Made by a program: the position numbers and the translations under genes. Shown here piece after piece: positions 1 to 9,380 of a stretch of DNA of 64,000 bases. The stretch is from an uncultured Clostridia bacterium (GTDB lineage: Bacteria > Bacillota > Clostridia > Oscillospirales > Ruminococcaceae). Positions within the stretch are counted from its first letter, which is position 1. Each line of letters begins with the position of its first letter. Location: the NCBI GenBank assembly GCA_947630845.1, contig CANRJB010000004.1:40776-104775 (forward strand). Reading direction: 5' to 3'. Below the pieces are notes generated by a model. That model was not told the origin of the DNA. It ran no database searches and saw only the letters and a program-made list of their open reading frames with translations.

Positions 1-1
1 G

Positions 2-256
2 ATCAGAATGTTCTCTGCCATTGATACACACGATTTTGAAACCAAGGTCAATCAGGCAAACAAATTCCTGAAGTCCGGCGATAAGCTGAAGGTCTCCGTC
101 CGTTTCAGGAAGCGTGCCATTGCCCATCCGGAACTCGGTTCAGAGCTGCTCGATCGTTTCAAGGAAGCATGCAGCGAGTACGGCACGGTGGAAAAGCCTG
201 CAAAAATGGAAGGCAGAAGCATCGTAATGTTCATATCCCCGAAGGCATCCAAGTAA
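2..256 (+). CDS. infC: translation initiation factor IF-3, C-terminal part (5' end outside window)
   Basis: Frame is open to the window edge. IF-3 C-domain sequence (KLKVSVRFRKRAIAHPELG...GRSIVMFISP). Conserved infC-rpmI-rplT order. Confidence 0.85.
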   Translation: MRMFSAIDTHDFETKVNQANKFLKSGDKLKVSVRFRKRAIAHPELGSELLDRFKEACSEYGTVEKPAKMEGRSIVMFISPKASK

Positions 257-283
257 GCTACAGGTCAAAGGAGGAGCTATATT

Positions 284-490
284 ATGGCTAAGAAAGTGAA
301 AGTAAAGACACATTCCGGCGCAAAGAAGCGCTTCAAGCTGACAGCAAACGGCAAGGTAAAGTACCAGCATACCAATAAGCGCCACAGACTTACCCAGAAG
401 GACACCAAGCGCAAGAGAATCGCAAGGTGCGCAGGCGTATCAGATGCTTCCAATGCGCCTACCATCAAGAAGCTGATTCCCTATCTGTAA
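284..490 (+). CDS. rpmI: 50S ribosomal protein L35
   Basis: 68 aa, [25 protein letters not shown] signature. AGGAGC SD upstream. Confidence 0.95.
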   Translation: MAKKVKVKTHSGAKKRFKLTANGKVKYQHTNKRHRLTQKDTKRKRIARCAGVSDASNAPTIKKLIPYL

Positions 491-536
491 GCAGATACCG
501 TGAATGGAAAAGAATTATACTGGAGGTAGATGAATT

Positions 537-890
537 ATGGCACGTATCAAGGGTGCGATGATGACTCGCAAGAGAAGAAATAAAACACTGAAACTCGCAA
601 AGGGTTATTTCGGCGCAAAGAGCAAGCACTTCAAGATGGCGAAACAGGCTGTCATGAAGTCCGGACAGTATGCTTATATCGGCAGAAAGCAGAGAAAGAG
701 AAACTTCCGTCAGCTCTGGATCACCAGAATCTCCGCAGCTGCCAAGCTCAACGGCATGAACTATTCCACGTTCATGAACGGCTGCAAGAAGGCTGGCATC
801 ACCCTGAACAGAAAGATGCTCTCCGAGATTGCGATCCATGATGCAGAGGGCTTTGCAGCAATCGTCGAGAAGGCAAAGGCTGCTCTTTGA
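537..890 (+). CDS. rplT: 50S ribosomal protein L20
   Basis: 117 aa, [26 protein letters not shown]... typical L20. Confidence 0.95.
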   Translation: MARIKGAMMTRKRRNKTLKLAKGYFGAKSKHFKMAKQAVMKSGQYAYIGRKQRKRNFRQLWITRISAAAKLNGMNYSTFMNGCKKAGITLNRKMLSEIAIHDAEGFAAIVEKAKAAL

Positions 891-900
891 TTTCACATCA

Positions 901-933
901 AACACGCTCTTTCATCAAAGAGCGTGTTTTGTG
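901..933 (+). terminator. intrinsic terminator after rplT
   Basis: 12-bp stem AACACGCTCTTT/AAAGAGCGTGTT, loop CATC, then TTGTG. Confidence 0.8.
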
Positions 934-980
934 CATTTTAACGAGATTCATGCAAAATAAGGCGAAAGAGGGGAGCATCC

Positions 981-1775
981 GTGCAGAAGGAAGTCAGGAT
1001 CACAGCCAAAGATAATCCGTCTGTCAAGCATTACCGTCATTTGCGTGACAACAAGCGTGCAAGGCGGACAGAGGGGCTATTCGTGGCAGAGGGACTGCGC
1101 ATCGTACAGGATGCACTGCAATACCCCTGCCTTGTGCAGCAGCTGTTTGTGACGGATGCTGCATGGGAACGCTTCGGCAGGGAAACACAGATACAGGAGA
1201 TGGGTATGATCCTGCATATTTCCGATGCTGTCGGAGATAGTATGTCCGATACACAGCATCCGCAGGGGGTGTATGCCGTCTGCCGTATCCCGGAGCGCAG
1301 ACCCGTCACGGAGCTGCTCCGGCAGGACGGACGGTATCTGGTACTCTGCAACGTGCAGGATCCCGGCAATATGGGCATGATATTACGGACGGCGGATGCA
1401 CTTGGTATGGATGCGGTCATCTCTGCCGGGAGCTGTGAACTGTTCAGTCCGAAGGTCGTGCGTGCGGCGATGGGTTCGCTGCTCCGTGTGACGCTTTGCG
1501 AGACGGATGCGCTGCCGCTGACGGCATTGATGCGGACAAAGCATATCACCACCTATGCCGCTGTTCCGGCGAGGGATGCACTGCCGCTGACGGCATGTTC
1601 CCTCGGCAGGGGAAGTGCTGTTCTGATCGGTAATGAAGGCAGCGGACTGCCCGGAGAGATCATTGCGGCATGCGACCAGAAGGTGACGATCCCCATGCAG
1701 GGCGATGCAGAGTCGCTGAATGCGGCAATGGCGGCAGGGATCCTGATGTGGGAAATGATGAAGTCAGGGAGGTGA
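981..1775 (+). CDS. TrmH/SpoU-family RNA 2'-O-methyltransferase
   Basis: SpoU motifs NVQDPGNMGMILRTADALG, LIGNEGSGL, ESLNAAMAAGILM. GTG start. Confidence 0.85.
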   Translation: MQKEVRITAKDNPSVKHYRHLRDNKRARRTEGLFVAEGLRIVQDALQYPCLVQQLFVTDAAWERFGRETQIQEMGMILHISDAVGDSMSDTQHPQGVYAVCRIPERRPVTELLRQDGRYLVLCNVQDPGNMGMILRTADALGMDAVISAGSCELFSPKVVRAAMGSLLRVTLCETDALPLTALMRTKHITTYAAVPARDALPLTACSLGRGSAVLIGNEGSGLPGEIIAACDQKVTIPMQGDAESLNAAMAAGILMWEMMKSGR

Positions 1776-1780
1776 CGGGT

Positions 1781-3034
1781 ATGACAGATTCAAGGCTGAC
1801 GTACTGGCTTTTGCTGGAGATGATCTTCGGCATCGGAAACAAGCGTCTGTATGAATTGAGAAAACGGGAACGTGACCCGAAAGCACTGTACCTCAGTTTG
1901 CACGACCCGGATAACGGGATACTCAGCAAGAAAGAATATGAACAGCTCCGGAAGCTGACATTGGAGCATGCAGAAAACATCATTGCAATGTGTGAGAAAG
2001 CGCAGATCAGGATCATGACGATCGACGATGAGAGCTATCCGGACACATTGCGCAATATTTATAATTCACCGATGGTGCTGTTTTATCAGGGTAATCTTGC
2101 GCTTCTGCACAGTGAGTCGATCCTGACGGTGGTGGGTGCAAGGCGGGCTTCCCAGTACAGTCTCAGAGCAGCAGAACGCTTCTGTAAGGAATTGTCAAAA
2201 TACAATGTTATCATAGCGAGCGGAGGTGCAGTCGGCATTGATGCAGCAGCACACTGGGCTTCACTCCATGCAGGAAAACCGACCATCAGTGTGATGGGAT
2301 GCGGATTGGACTATGACTATCCGAGAGAGAATGCGGAGATGCGCAGACAGATCGTTGAGAAAGGTCTGCTGCTTTCGGAGTATTTTCCCGGCATGAGTCC
2401 TTATCCAAGCAACTTCCCTGCACGCAACAGGATACTTGCCAATATTAGTGAGGGCACTTTTGTTGTGGAGGCAAGCAGCAAGAGCGGTGCGATGAATACT
2501 GCCAATTTTGCCTGTGACAACGGGAAACAGGTATTTTGTCTGCCGCCGTCAGATGTATTTGACAGCAGATATCAGGGACAGATCAGACTTTTGCGTGACG
2601 GCGCACTGCCTGCTTTCAATGAACGGGACATTCTTCAGGAGCTTTATCGTTCCTATCCGCATCGTCTTGTCTACTATGATGTATTTTCTGTAGAGGACAC
2701 CCTGCTGTACGAGGAGGAACAGGAAGAAAAGGCGGTCTCTTCCGGCAAGAAGAAACTGGCAAAAAAGAAGTCTGTAAAGGCAGAACTGCCGGAACAGCCT
2801 GCTGAACCTGCCATGACTGCGGAAAGGAAGCAGCCGGAGGATACGCTGCCGGATGAAGTGACACCCGATCAGCAGCGGATTCTGGAGCTGCTAAAAAAAG
2901 GCGGTCAAAATGTGAATGCCATCTGTTATCTGTTGGATATACCGTTTGAAGAAACTTCGATGCTCCTGATGGAGATGGAGATGAACGGTTGGATCGTCAA
3001 TACAGAGCGTGATATGTTTGCTCTCCCCGGATAA
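1781..3034 (+). CDS. dprA: DNA-processing protein DprA (Smf)
   Basis: Start moved from 1670 to ATG 1781 (GGGAGGTGA SD, just after the upstream stop). DprA core GARRAS...SGGAVGIDAAAH...PARNRI, plus a C-terminal winged-helix-like tail. Confidence 0.85.
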   Translation: MTDSRLTYWLLLEMIFGIGNKRLYELRKRERDPKALYLSLHDPDNGILSKKEYEQLRKLTLEHAENIIAMCEKAQIRIMTIDDESYPDTLRNIYNSPMVLFYQGNLALLHSESILTVVGARRASQYSLRAAERFCKELSKYNVIIASGGAVGIDAAAHWASLHAGKPTISVMGCGLDYDYPRENAEMRRQIVEKGLLLSEYFPGMSPYPSNFPARNRILANISEGTFVVEASSKSGAMNTANFACDNGKQVFCLPPSDVFDSRYQGQIRLLRDGALPAFNERDILQELYRSYPHRLVYYDVFSVEDTLLYEEEQEEKAVSSGKKKLAKKKSVKAELPEQPAEPAMTAERKQPEDTLPDEVTPDQQRILELLKKGGQNVNAICYLLDIPFEETSMLLMEMEMNGWIVNTERDMFALPG

Positions 3035-3083
3035 AGATCCAAGTTGCATGAAAGGAGCGTGCGCTGCATAAAGCAGTGAAACT

Positions 3084-5165
3084 ATGTCAAATTTAGTCAT
3101 TGTGGAGTCGCCGGCAAAGGCGAAGACCATTCAGAAATATCTCGGTTCCGGTTATGAAGTGATCGCTTCAATGGGGCACATCCGTGATCTGCCAAAGTCG
3201 AAGCTCGGTGTGGATGTGGAGCATGGCTTCACGCCGCAGTATCTGGACATGAAGGGGAAGGAAGATGTCATCAGGGAACTGAAAAAGAGGGCAAAGAAAA
3301 GTGATTGTGTCTATCTTGCGACTGACCCTGACCGTGAGGGGGAGGCGATCTCATGGCATCTGGCACAGATGCTGAATCTTGATCTGAATGCCAACAATCG
3401 TGTTGCCTTCAACGAGATCACAAAGCATGGCGTTCAGAGCGGTATGGCGAATCCACACAAGATCGACCTCGATCTGGTCAATGCCCAGCAGGCAAGACGG
3501 ATACTGGATCGGCTTGTGGGATATAAGCTCAGTCCGTTTCTCTGGAAGAAAGTCAAGCGTGGGCTGTCTGCCGGAAGGGTACAGTCGGTTGCCGTGCGTC
3601 TGATCGTGGACAGGGAAGAGGAGATCCGGGCATTTGTGCCGAGAGAATACTGGACGATCGATGCAAAGCTCTGCTCTCCCCACAGCACAAAGCAGTTCAT
3701 GGCAAAATTGACTGCGGTCGATGGAGAAAAGATGGAAATCGAGAATGAAGCGCAGTCGCAGATGCTTTTGCAGCGGCTTGACGGTGCAGATTTTGTTGTG
3801 ACTGCCATCAAAAAGCGTGTCACCAAGAAACAGCCTGCCCCGCCATTCATCACCTCGACTCTCCAGCAGGAGGCATCCAAAAGACTCGGATTCCAATCCA
3901 AGCGTACCATGAAGGCAGCACAGGAGCTGTATGAAGGTATTGATATTGACGGCATGGGAGCAGTTGGTCTTATCACCTATATGCGAACAGACAGCCTGCG
4001 TATCTCCGTGGATGCACAGACAGCAGCGATGGACTATATCAGGGCGACTTACGGAGAAAATTATCTGCCCGAAAAGCCGAGAGTGTTCAAGAGCAAGAAG
4101 AATGCACAGGATGCACACGAAGCCATCCGTCCGACCATGCCTGATCTTACGCCGGCAAAGGTGAAAAAGAACCTTACCGATGACCAGTTCAAGCTCTACA
4201 AGCTCATCTGGGAACGTTTTATTGCCAGCCAGATGGCAAATGCACTGCTTGATACCGTGTCCGTGGATATTGAGGCAAACGGCTGCCTGTTCAAGGCATC
4301 CGGTTATTCTGTGCGGTTTGACGGCTTCATTGTGCTGTATGAAGAAAAGAATGACAACGAAGAGGAAGGTCAGAAAATGCTGCCGCTGCTTGCAGTCAAT
4401 GACATTCTGAAACTCATTGATCTTTCCGGTAATCAGCATTTTACTCAGCCGCCTCCAAGGTTTACCGAAGCTACCCTTATCAAGACGCTCGAAGAAAACG
4501 GCATTGGCAGACCAAGTACCTATGCTCCGACCATCACCACCATTCTGGCAAGGATGTATGTGGAGCGTGAGGGGAAACAGCTTCGTCCGACCACACTTGG
4601 TGAAGTGACGACACAGGTCATGAAAGAGCATTTTGCCCATATCGTGGATGCCGATTTCACTGCACAGATGGAAACGGAGCTGGATAATATCGAGCAGGGT
4701 TCTGCCAACTGGGTCAGTATGCTCGAGAACTTCTATGATGATTTTTCCACCACCCTCACAACGGCAGAGACTGCTATGGACGGCAAGCATGTGAAGATCC
4801 CGGATGAGGAGACGGACATTGTCTGCGAGCAATGCGGCAGGAAAATGGTCATCAAGCTCGGACGCTACGGAAAGTTTCTGGCATGTCCCGGATTCCCGGA
4901 GTGCCGGAACACCAAGCAGATCATGCAGGAAACAGGTGGACTTTGCCCGAAATGCGGAAAAAAAGTCATTCAGAAAAAGTCCAAGAAAGGCAGGACATTC
5001 TATGGCTGCTGCGGCTATCCGGAGTGTAATTTCATGACATGGAATCTGCCCGTTGAGGAGAAGTGTCCGCAATGCGGCAGTACCCTTTTCCAGAAGGGCG
5101 GCAAGACGACCGGAACACTTGTCTGTGAAAAAGAAGGCTGCGGCTATGAACGGAGCCTGAAATGA
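3084..5165 (+). CDS. topA: DNA topoisomerase I
   Basis: 693 aa. TOPRIM N-terminus LVIVESPAKAKTI. C-terminal CxxC zinc-ribbon repeats. Confidence 0.95.
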   Translation: MSNLVIVESPAKAKTIQKYLGSGYEVIASMGHIRDLPKSKLGVDVEHGFTPQYLDMKGKEDVIRELKKRAKKSDCVYLATDPDREGEAISWHLAQMLNLDLNANNRVAFNEITKHGVQSGMANPHKIDLDLVNAQQARRILDRLVGYKLSPFLWKKVKRGLSAGRVQSVAVRLIVDREEEIRAFVPREYWTIDAKLCSPHSTKQFMAKLTAVDGEKMEIENEAQSQMLLQRLDGADFVVTAIKKRVTKKQPAPPFITSTLQQEASKRLGFQSKRTMKAAQELYEGIDIDGMGAVGLITYMRTDSLRISVDAQTAAMDYIRATYGENYLPEKPRVFKSKKNAQDAHEAIRPTMPDLTPAKVKKNLTDDQFKLYKLIWERFIASQMANALLDTVSVDIEANGCLFKASGYSVRFDGFIVLYEEKNDNEEEGQKMLPLLAVNDILKLIDLSGNQHFTQPPPRFTEATLIKTLEENGIGRPSTYAPTITTILARMYVEREGKQLRPTTLGEVTTQVMKEHFAHIVDADFTAQMETELDNIEQGSANWVSMLENFYDDFSTTLTTAETAMDGKHVKIPDEETDIVCEQCGRKMVIKLGRYGKFLACPGFPECRNTKQIMQETGGLCPKCGKKVIQKKSKKGRTFYGCCGYPECNFMTWNLPVEEKCPQCGSTLFQKGGKTTGTLVCEKEGCGYERSLK

Positions 5166-6469
5166 CACCGGCAGTCGTTGTAGGCGGCGGACTTGCCGGA
5201 TGCGAGGCAGCATGGGCACTTGCCAATGCCGGGGTGCCGGTTATCTTGTATGAAATGAAGCCGCACCGTTACAGCCCTGCCCACCACAATGCAGATCTGG
5301 CGGAGCTTGTCTGTTCCAATTCTCTGAAAGCATCCCGGCTTGCCTCGGCAGGCGGACTGCTCAAACAGGAAATGGCAATGCAGCATTCTTTGCTTGTCGC
5401 CTGTGCCAAGAACTGTGCCGTTCCGGCAGGCGGTGCGCTTGCCGTGGACAGAGAACGATTTTCGGCAACGGTGACGGAAATTTTAGAGAATGATCCGCTC
5501 ATCAGCGTGCGCCGAGAGGAGATCACCTCTCTTCCGGAACGGAATGCCGTCATTGCCACAGGACCTTTGACATCCGATGCACTTGCAGTGGAAATTGAAG
5601 CACGCTGCGGCGCAAGACTGAGTTTTTTTGATGCAGCAGCACCGGTAGTTGCAGCAGAAAGTTTAGATATGTCCCGTATTTTCGCCCAATCCCGGTATGA
5701 CCGGGGGGAGGCGGATTACCTCAATTGCCCCATGGAAAAGGACGAGTACGAGGCATTTTGGAATGCCCTTGTGACGGCAGAAAAAGCTCCTCTGCATGAA
5801 CATGACAGGGCAGCTTTCCGGGTGTATGAGGGCTGTATGCCGGTAGAAGTACTGGCGGCAAGGGGAAAAGATACGCTGCGTTTCGGACCGCTGAAACCGG
5901 TCGGACTGCATGACCCGGCAACCGGGCGCAGACCCTATGCGGTGGTACAGCTCCGCAAAGAAAATCAGGCAGGCACGATGTATAACCTTGTCGGCTTCCA
6001 GACGAACCTGAAATTCGGGGAGCAGAAGCGGGTATTCGGAATGATACCGGGACTTGCCAATGCGGAATTTCTGCGCTACGGCGTGATGCACAGGAATTTC
6101 TTTCTGAACAGTCCAGAGCTGCTCGAAGCGGACAATATGCTGCGTGACAGTGAAAACATCTTCTTTGCCGGGCAGATGACCGGTGTAGAGGGCTATATGG
6201 AATCGGCAGCAAGCGGCATCATTGCAGGAAAGAGTCTTGCAAGGAGGATGATGGGAAAAACGCCTTACATTCTGCCAAGAGAGACGATGATGGGCGCACT
6301 GGCAGCTTATGTGAGCGAGGGAGGCGCAGCGGAGTTTCAACCGATGGGCGCAAACATGGGGATGCTTCCTCCTTTAGAGACTCGCATCCGGGGAAAGCAG
6401 GAACGGTATCAGGCAATTGCAGATAAGGCTGTGGAATGCCTGAAAGCAGCACTTCATGAGTTGGGATAA
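5162..6469 (+). CDS. trmFO: methylenetetrahydrofolate--tRNA-(uracil-5-)-methyltransferase TrmFO
   Basis: 435 aa, FAD motif VVGGGLAGCEAA. ATGA overlap with the topA stop. Confidence 0.93.
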   Translation: MTPAVVVGGGLAGCEAAWALANAGVPVILYEMKPHRYSPAHHNADLAELVCSNSLKASRLASAGGLLKQEMAMQHSLLVACAKNCAVPAGGALAVDRERFSATVTEILENDPLISVRREEITSLPERNAVIATGPLTSDALAVEIEARCGARLSFFDAAAPVVAAESLDMSRIFAQSRYDRGEADYLNCPMEKDEYEAFWNALVTAEKAPLHEHDRAAFRVYEGCMPVEVLAARGKDTLRFGPLKPVGLHDPATGRRPYAVVQLRKENQAGTMYNLVGFQTNLKFGEQKRVFGMIPGLANAEFLRYGVMHRNFFLNSPELLEADNMLRDSENIFFAGQMTGVEGYMESAASGIIAGKSLARRMMGKTPYILPRETMMGALAAYVSEGGAAEFQPMGANMGMLPPLETRIRGKQERYQAIADKAVECLKAALHELG

Positions 6470-6530
6470 GCAGGTGAACGATATGCCCGGAAAGGTCATA
6501 GCTGTGATCTGCTTTGAGGAGTAAGATACT

Positions 6531-6710
6531 ATGCAGAAAAGCAGCTTCAGGAGACTTTCCTATGAGGATAAGTTTGACAGAAAATATGCATGCTGGGCAA
6601 ATAATCACAGCGGTTGGCGAAAATATAAACGTTCAAACCGGAGAATGGCAAGAAGAAAGCTGAAAAGAGAATTATTGGCAGAACGTATACTGCGGAGGTA
6701 CACATCATGA
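6531..6710 (+). CDS. hypothetical very basic 59-aa protein (below the ORF-track cutoff)
   Basis: ATG 6531 preceded by GAGGAG (6516-6521). 20 of 59 residues are Arg/Lys. Stop TGA overlaps the plsX ATG as ATGA (6707-6710). Confidence 0.35.
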   Translation: MQKSSFRRLSYEDKFDRKYACWANNHSGWRKYKRSNRRMARRKLKRELLAERILRRYTS

Positions 6711-7705
6711 AAATAATCATAGATGCATTCGGCGGCGACAATGCGCCGGCAGAGGTCATCAGGGCAAGCCGTCAGGCGAAGGACGAACTGGGTGTGGATA
6801 TTCTTCTCAGCGGCGATGAAGGCGTGATCAGAAAATGTGCCGGACAGATCGGTGTGGATTTGGCGGATATTGAACTGCTCCATGCACCGGAGATATTCGA
6901 CATCCATGCACAGCCGGTGACGATCGTGAAAGAGGGAAGGCAGACTTCTCTTGCAGTCGGTTTGCAGGCATTGCATGACGGCAGGGGAGATGCCTTCGTG
7001 AGTGCCGGCAGCTCCGGCGGACTGGTGACGGGTGCGACCCTCATTACAAAGCGCATCAAAGGCATCAAACGCCCTGCCATGACAGCCATGCTGCCGACAG
7101 CACGGAACAGATTTATTCTGCTCGATGCCGGTGCAAATGTGGAGTGCCGTCCGGAAATGCTGGTACAGTTTGCAGTCATGGGTTCTGCCTACATGAAGTG
7201 TGTCAAGGGCATTGCCAATCCGAAGGTGGGTCTGTTGAATGTCGGGGCAGAGGAGACAAAAGGCAGGGAGCTTGAGATCCAGACTTACCGGATGCTGCAG
7301 GATGCGCCTGTCAATTTTGTAGGCAATGCCGAGGCAAGGGAGCTTCCGGAGGGAGGTTATGATGTGATCGTCTGCGATGGGTTTGCGGGAAATATGGTAC
7401 TCAAGCTCTATGAGGGCATGGGGGCAATGTTCCGGGATAAGCTGAACGACTGGTTCAGCGGTTTTTCCGGCAAACTGTCGGCACTGCTCGTATACGGAAA
7501 GATCAAAACATTCCGCAAGCTTATGGATTACAAGGAAGAGGGCGGCGGTATTATCTTAGGTGCGGCAAGCCCTGTTATCAAAGCGCACGGCAGTTCAGAT
7601 GCCAAGGCGTTTTTCAATGCCATCCGGCAGGCAAAGCTCTGTGTGGAGGGGAATATGATCAATGAGATCGCAAAGACGATCGCTGAAATGGAGGGGAAAA
7701 CGTAA
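6707..7705 (+). CDS. plsX: phosphate acyltransferase PlsX
   Basis: 332 aa, MKIIIDAFGGDNAP..., GNMVLK motif. Confidence 0.95.
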   Translation: MKIIIDAFGGDNAPAEVIRASRQAKDELGVDILLSGDEGVIRKCAGQIGVDLADIELLHAPEIFDIHAQPVTIVKEGRQTSLAVGLQALHDGRGDAFVSAGSSGGLVTGATLITKRIKGIKRPAMTAMLPTARNRFILLDAGANVECRPEMLVQFAVMGSAYMKCVKGIANPKVGLLNVGAEETKGRELEIQTYRMLQDAPVNFVGNAEARELPEGGYDVIVCDGFAGNMVLKLYEGMGAMFRDKLNDWFSGFSGKLSALLVYGKIKTFRKLMDYKEEGGGIILGAASPVIKAHGSSDAKAFFNAIRQAKLCVEGNMINEIAKTIAEMEGKT

Positions 7706-8394
7706 TGGAAGCATTTTCAGAACTTGAAAAACGGATCAACTATACCTTTCAGAACCGGGAGCTGATTTATGAAGCGCTGTCGCATTCCTCATATGCGAAC
7801 GAAAAAAAGAAACAGCGCCGCAGCAATGAGCGTCTGGAATTTCTGGGGGACAGTGTGCTGTCCGTGGTGGTGTCGCAATATCTGTTTACGCATTATCCGG
7901 ACTTGCCGGAAGGAGAGCTGACGAAGATCAGGGCAGCACTCGTCTGTGAAAAATCGCTGCACCGTTTCGCCCTGCAAATCGGGTTGGGAGAATTTCTCAT
8001 GCTCGGCAAGGGTGAAGAACACACCGGCGGACGGGAGCGTCCGTCCATCCTTGCCGATGCATTCGAGGCAGTGATCGCAGCGATTTATCTCGACGGCGGA
8101 CTGGAAGCGGCACGTAAACACATCCTGCGCTTTTTGCCGAAGAACATTCCGGAGAATCGTTCGCTGCTGTTTGGCGATTACAAGACCGCATTACAGGAAG
8201 TCATCCAGAAGAATCCGGAGGAGAAGGTGGAGTATGTACTCCGGTCGGAGACAGGACCTGACCATGATAAGTCTTTTGTGGTGGAGGTATGTCTGAATTC
8301 CAATGTCATCGGCAAAGGAAATGGCAAATCCAAGAAGGAAGCCGAACAGATGGCTGCCAAAGAAGCACTTGCCCTGATGGGATATGAAACGTAA
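7705..8394 (+). CDS. rnc: ribonuclease III
   Basis: 229 aa, signature ERLEFLGDSVL, C-terminal dsRBD. 1-nt overlap with the plsX stop. Confidence 0.95.
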   Translation: MEAFSELEKRINYTFQNRELIYEALSHSSYANEKKKQRRSNERLEFLGDSVLSVVVSQYLFTHYPDLPEGELTKIRAALVCEKSLHRFALQIGLGEFLMLGKGEEHTGGRERPSILADAFEAVIAAIYLDGGLEAARKHILRFLPKNIPENRSLLFGDYKTALQEVIQKNPEEKVEYVLRSETGPDHDKSFVVEVCLNSNVIGKGNGKSKKEAEQMAAKEALALMGYET

Positions 8395-9379
8395 GCATTC
8401 CAATATCGCCATTTTTGTGCCGCATGCAGGGTGTCCGTACCGGTGCGCCTTCTGTGACCAGAGGGCGATCACATCGCAGCAGGCACTGCCGCATGCGGCA
8501 GATGTGGAGCGTATCTGTACACAGGCAATGCAGGAAATTCCGGACACCTCCGAAACGGAGATCGCTTTTTTCGGTGGGAGTTTTACAGCGATACCGCAGG
8601 CATATATGTGTGAGCTGCTGCAAGCGGCACAGCCGTTTCTGAAACGATGCAAGGGCATCCGCATTTCCACACGTCCGGACTGCATCCATGCCGATGTACT
8701 GCATCTTCTGAAAGAATACGGTGTGACAGCGATCGAACTGGGTGCGCAGTCGATGGATGATGCGGTGCTTTCTGCCAATGACAGGGGACATACCGCAGCG
8801 GATGTGTACAGAGCAAGTGAGCTGATACAGATGCATGGCTTTGAACTGGGCTTGCAGGTGATGATCGGACTGTACAAAAGCACGGAGGAAACAGAGCAGC
8901 AGACATTCAGGCAGGTCATCGCCATCCATCCGGACACAGTACGGCTGTATCCGGTCGTGATATTGAAAGGAACACGGCTTGCGGAGCTGTTTCTGTCGGG
9001 GACATATGTACCGATGCCGTTTGACCGTATTGTGGACATCACGGCAGATGCGCTGTTACAGTGCATGGCAGAGGGAATCCGTGTCATCAAATGCGGACTG
9101 CACGCAAGCGAAGCTGTAGCGCAGGACAGGGTGGGCGGCTATTATCATCCGGCATTCCGGGAACTCTGTGAGGGACGCATCTACCGCAGACAGATGGAAA
9201 TGCAGATGGATGGGAGCAGGCGATACACCTTTGCCGTTACGCCATCCCACATCAGCAAGGCAGTCGGACATCGTCGTGAAACGATTGCCTGTTTTGAAAA
9301 AAAAGGAATCACTGTAAAGATCATCGGTGATGAAGAAGTACCGGCTTTCCGGTGCAAATGCATAGAAAAGGAAACATAG
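8384..9379 (+). CDS. radical SAM protein (ELP3/HemN-like family)
   Basis: N-terminal CPYRCAFC (CX3CX2C) cluster motif. Lies between rnc and smc, which I recall as the usual Clostridia position. Confidence 0.8.
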   Translation: MKRKHSNIAIFVPHAGCPYRCAFCDQRAITSQQALPHAADVERICTQAMQEIPDTSETEIAFFGGSFTAIPQAYMCELLQAAQPFLKRCKGIRISTRPDCIHADVLHLLKEYGVTAIELGAQSMDDAVLSANDRGHTAADVYRASELIQMHGFELGLQVMIGLYKSTEETEQQTFRQVIAIHPDTVRLYPVVILKGTRLAELFLSGTYVPMPFDRIVDITADALLQCMAEGIRVIKCGLHASEAVAQDRVGGYYHPAFRELCEGRIYRRQMEMQMDGSRRYTFAVTPSHISKAVGHRRETIACFEKKGITVKIIGDEEVPAFRCKCIEKET

Positions 9380-9380
9380 C

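Noticed and set aside
1670-1780. Upstream extensions of ORF-track starts for dprA (1670). Similar cases: ftsY (12910), rpsU (20547), pepP (21709), efp (22905), DUF421 (42908), DUF4363 (43603), gltB (49608), TetR (27389), queA (30158), pcrA (33309).
   Set aside because: The extensions overlap the preceding gene or known RNA elements and lack SD sequences. Internal ATGs with good SDs give N-termini that match the protein families.
3351-5219. 622-aa ORF antisense to topA. Similar long antisense ORFs: 10944..12581 (vs smc), 17934..19244 (vs leuS), 47782..48963 (vs GH5), 53838..54878 (vs gltB/gltD), 30405..31205 (vs asd), 31922..32638 (vs dapA/dapB).
   Set aside because: Each lies fully inside a confidently identified gene on the opposite strand. 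They have Cys/His/Arg-rich, low-complexity-like composition with no recognisable motifs, and no SD at their starts. These are typical shadow ORFs.
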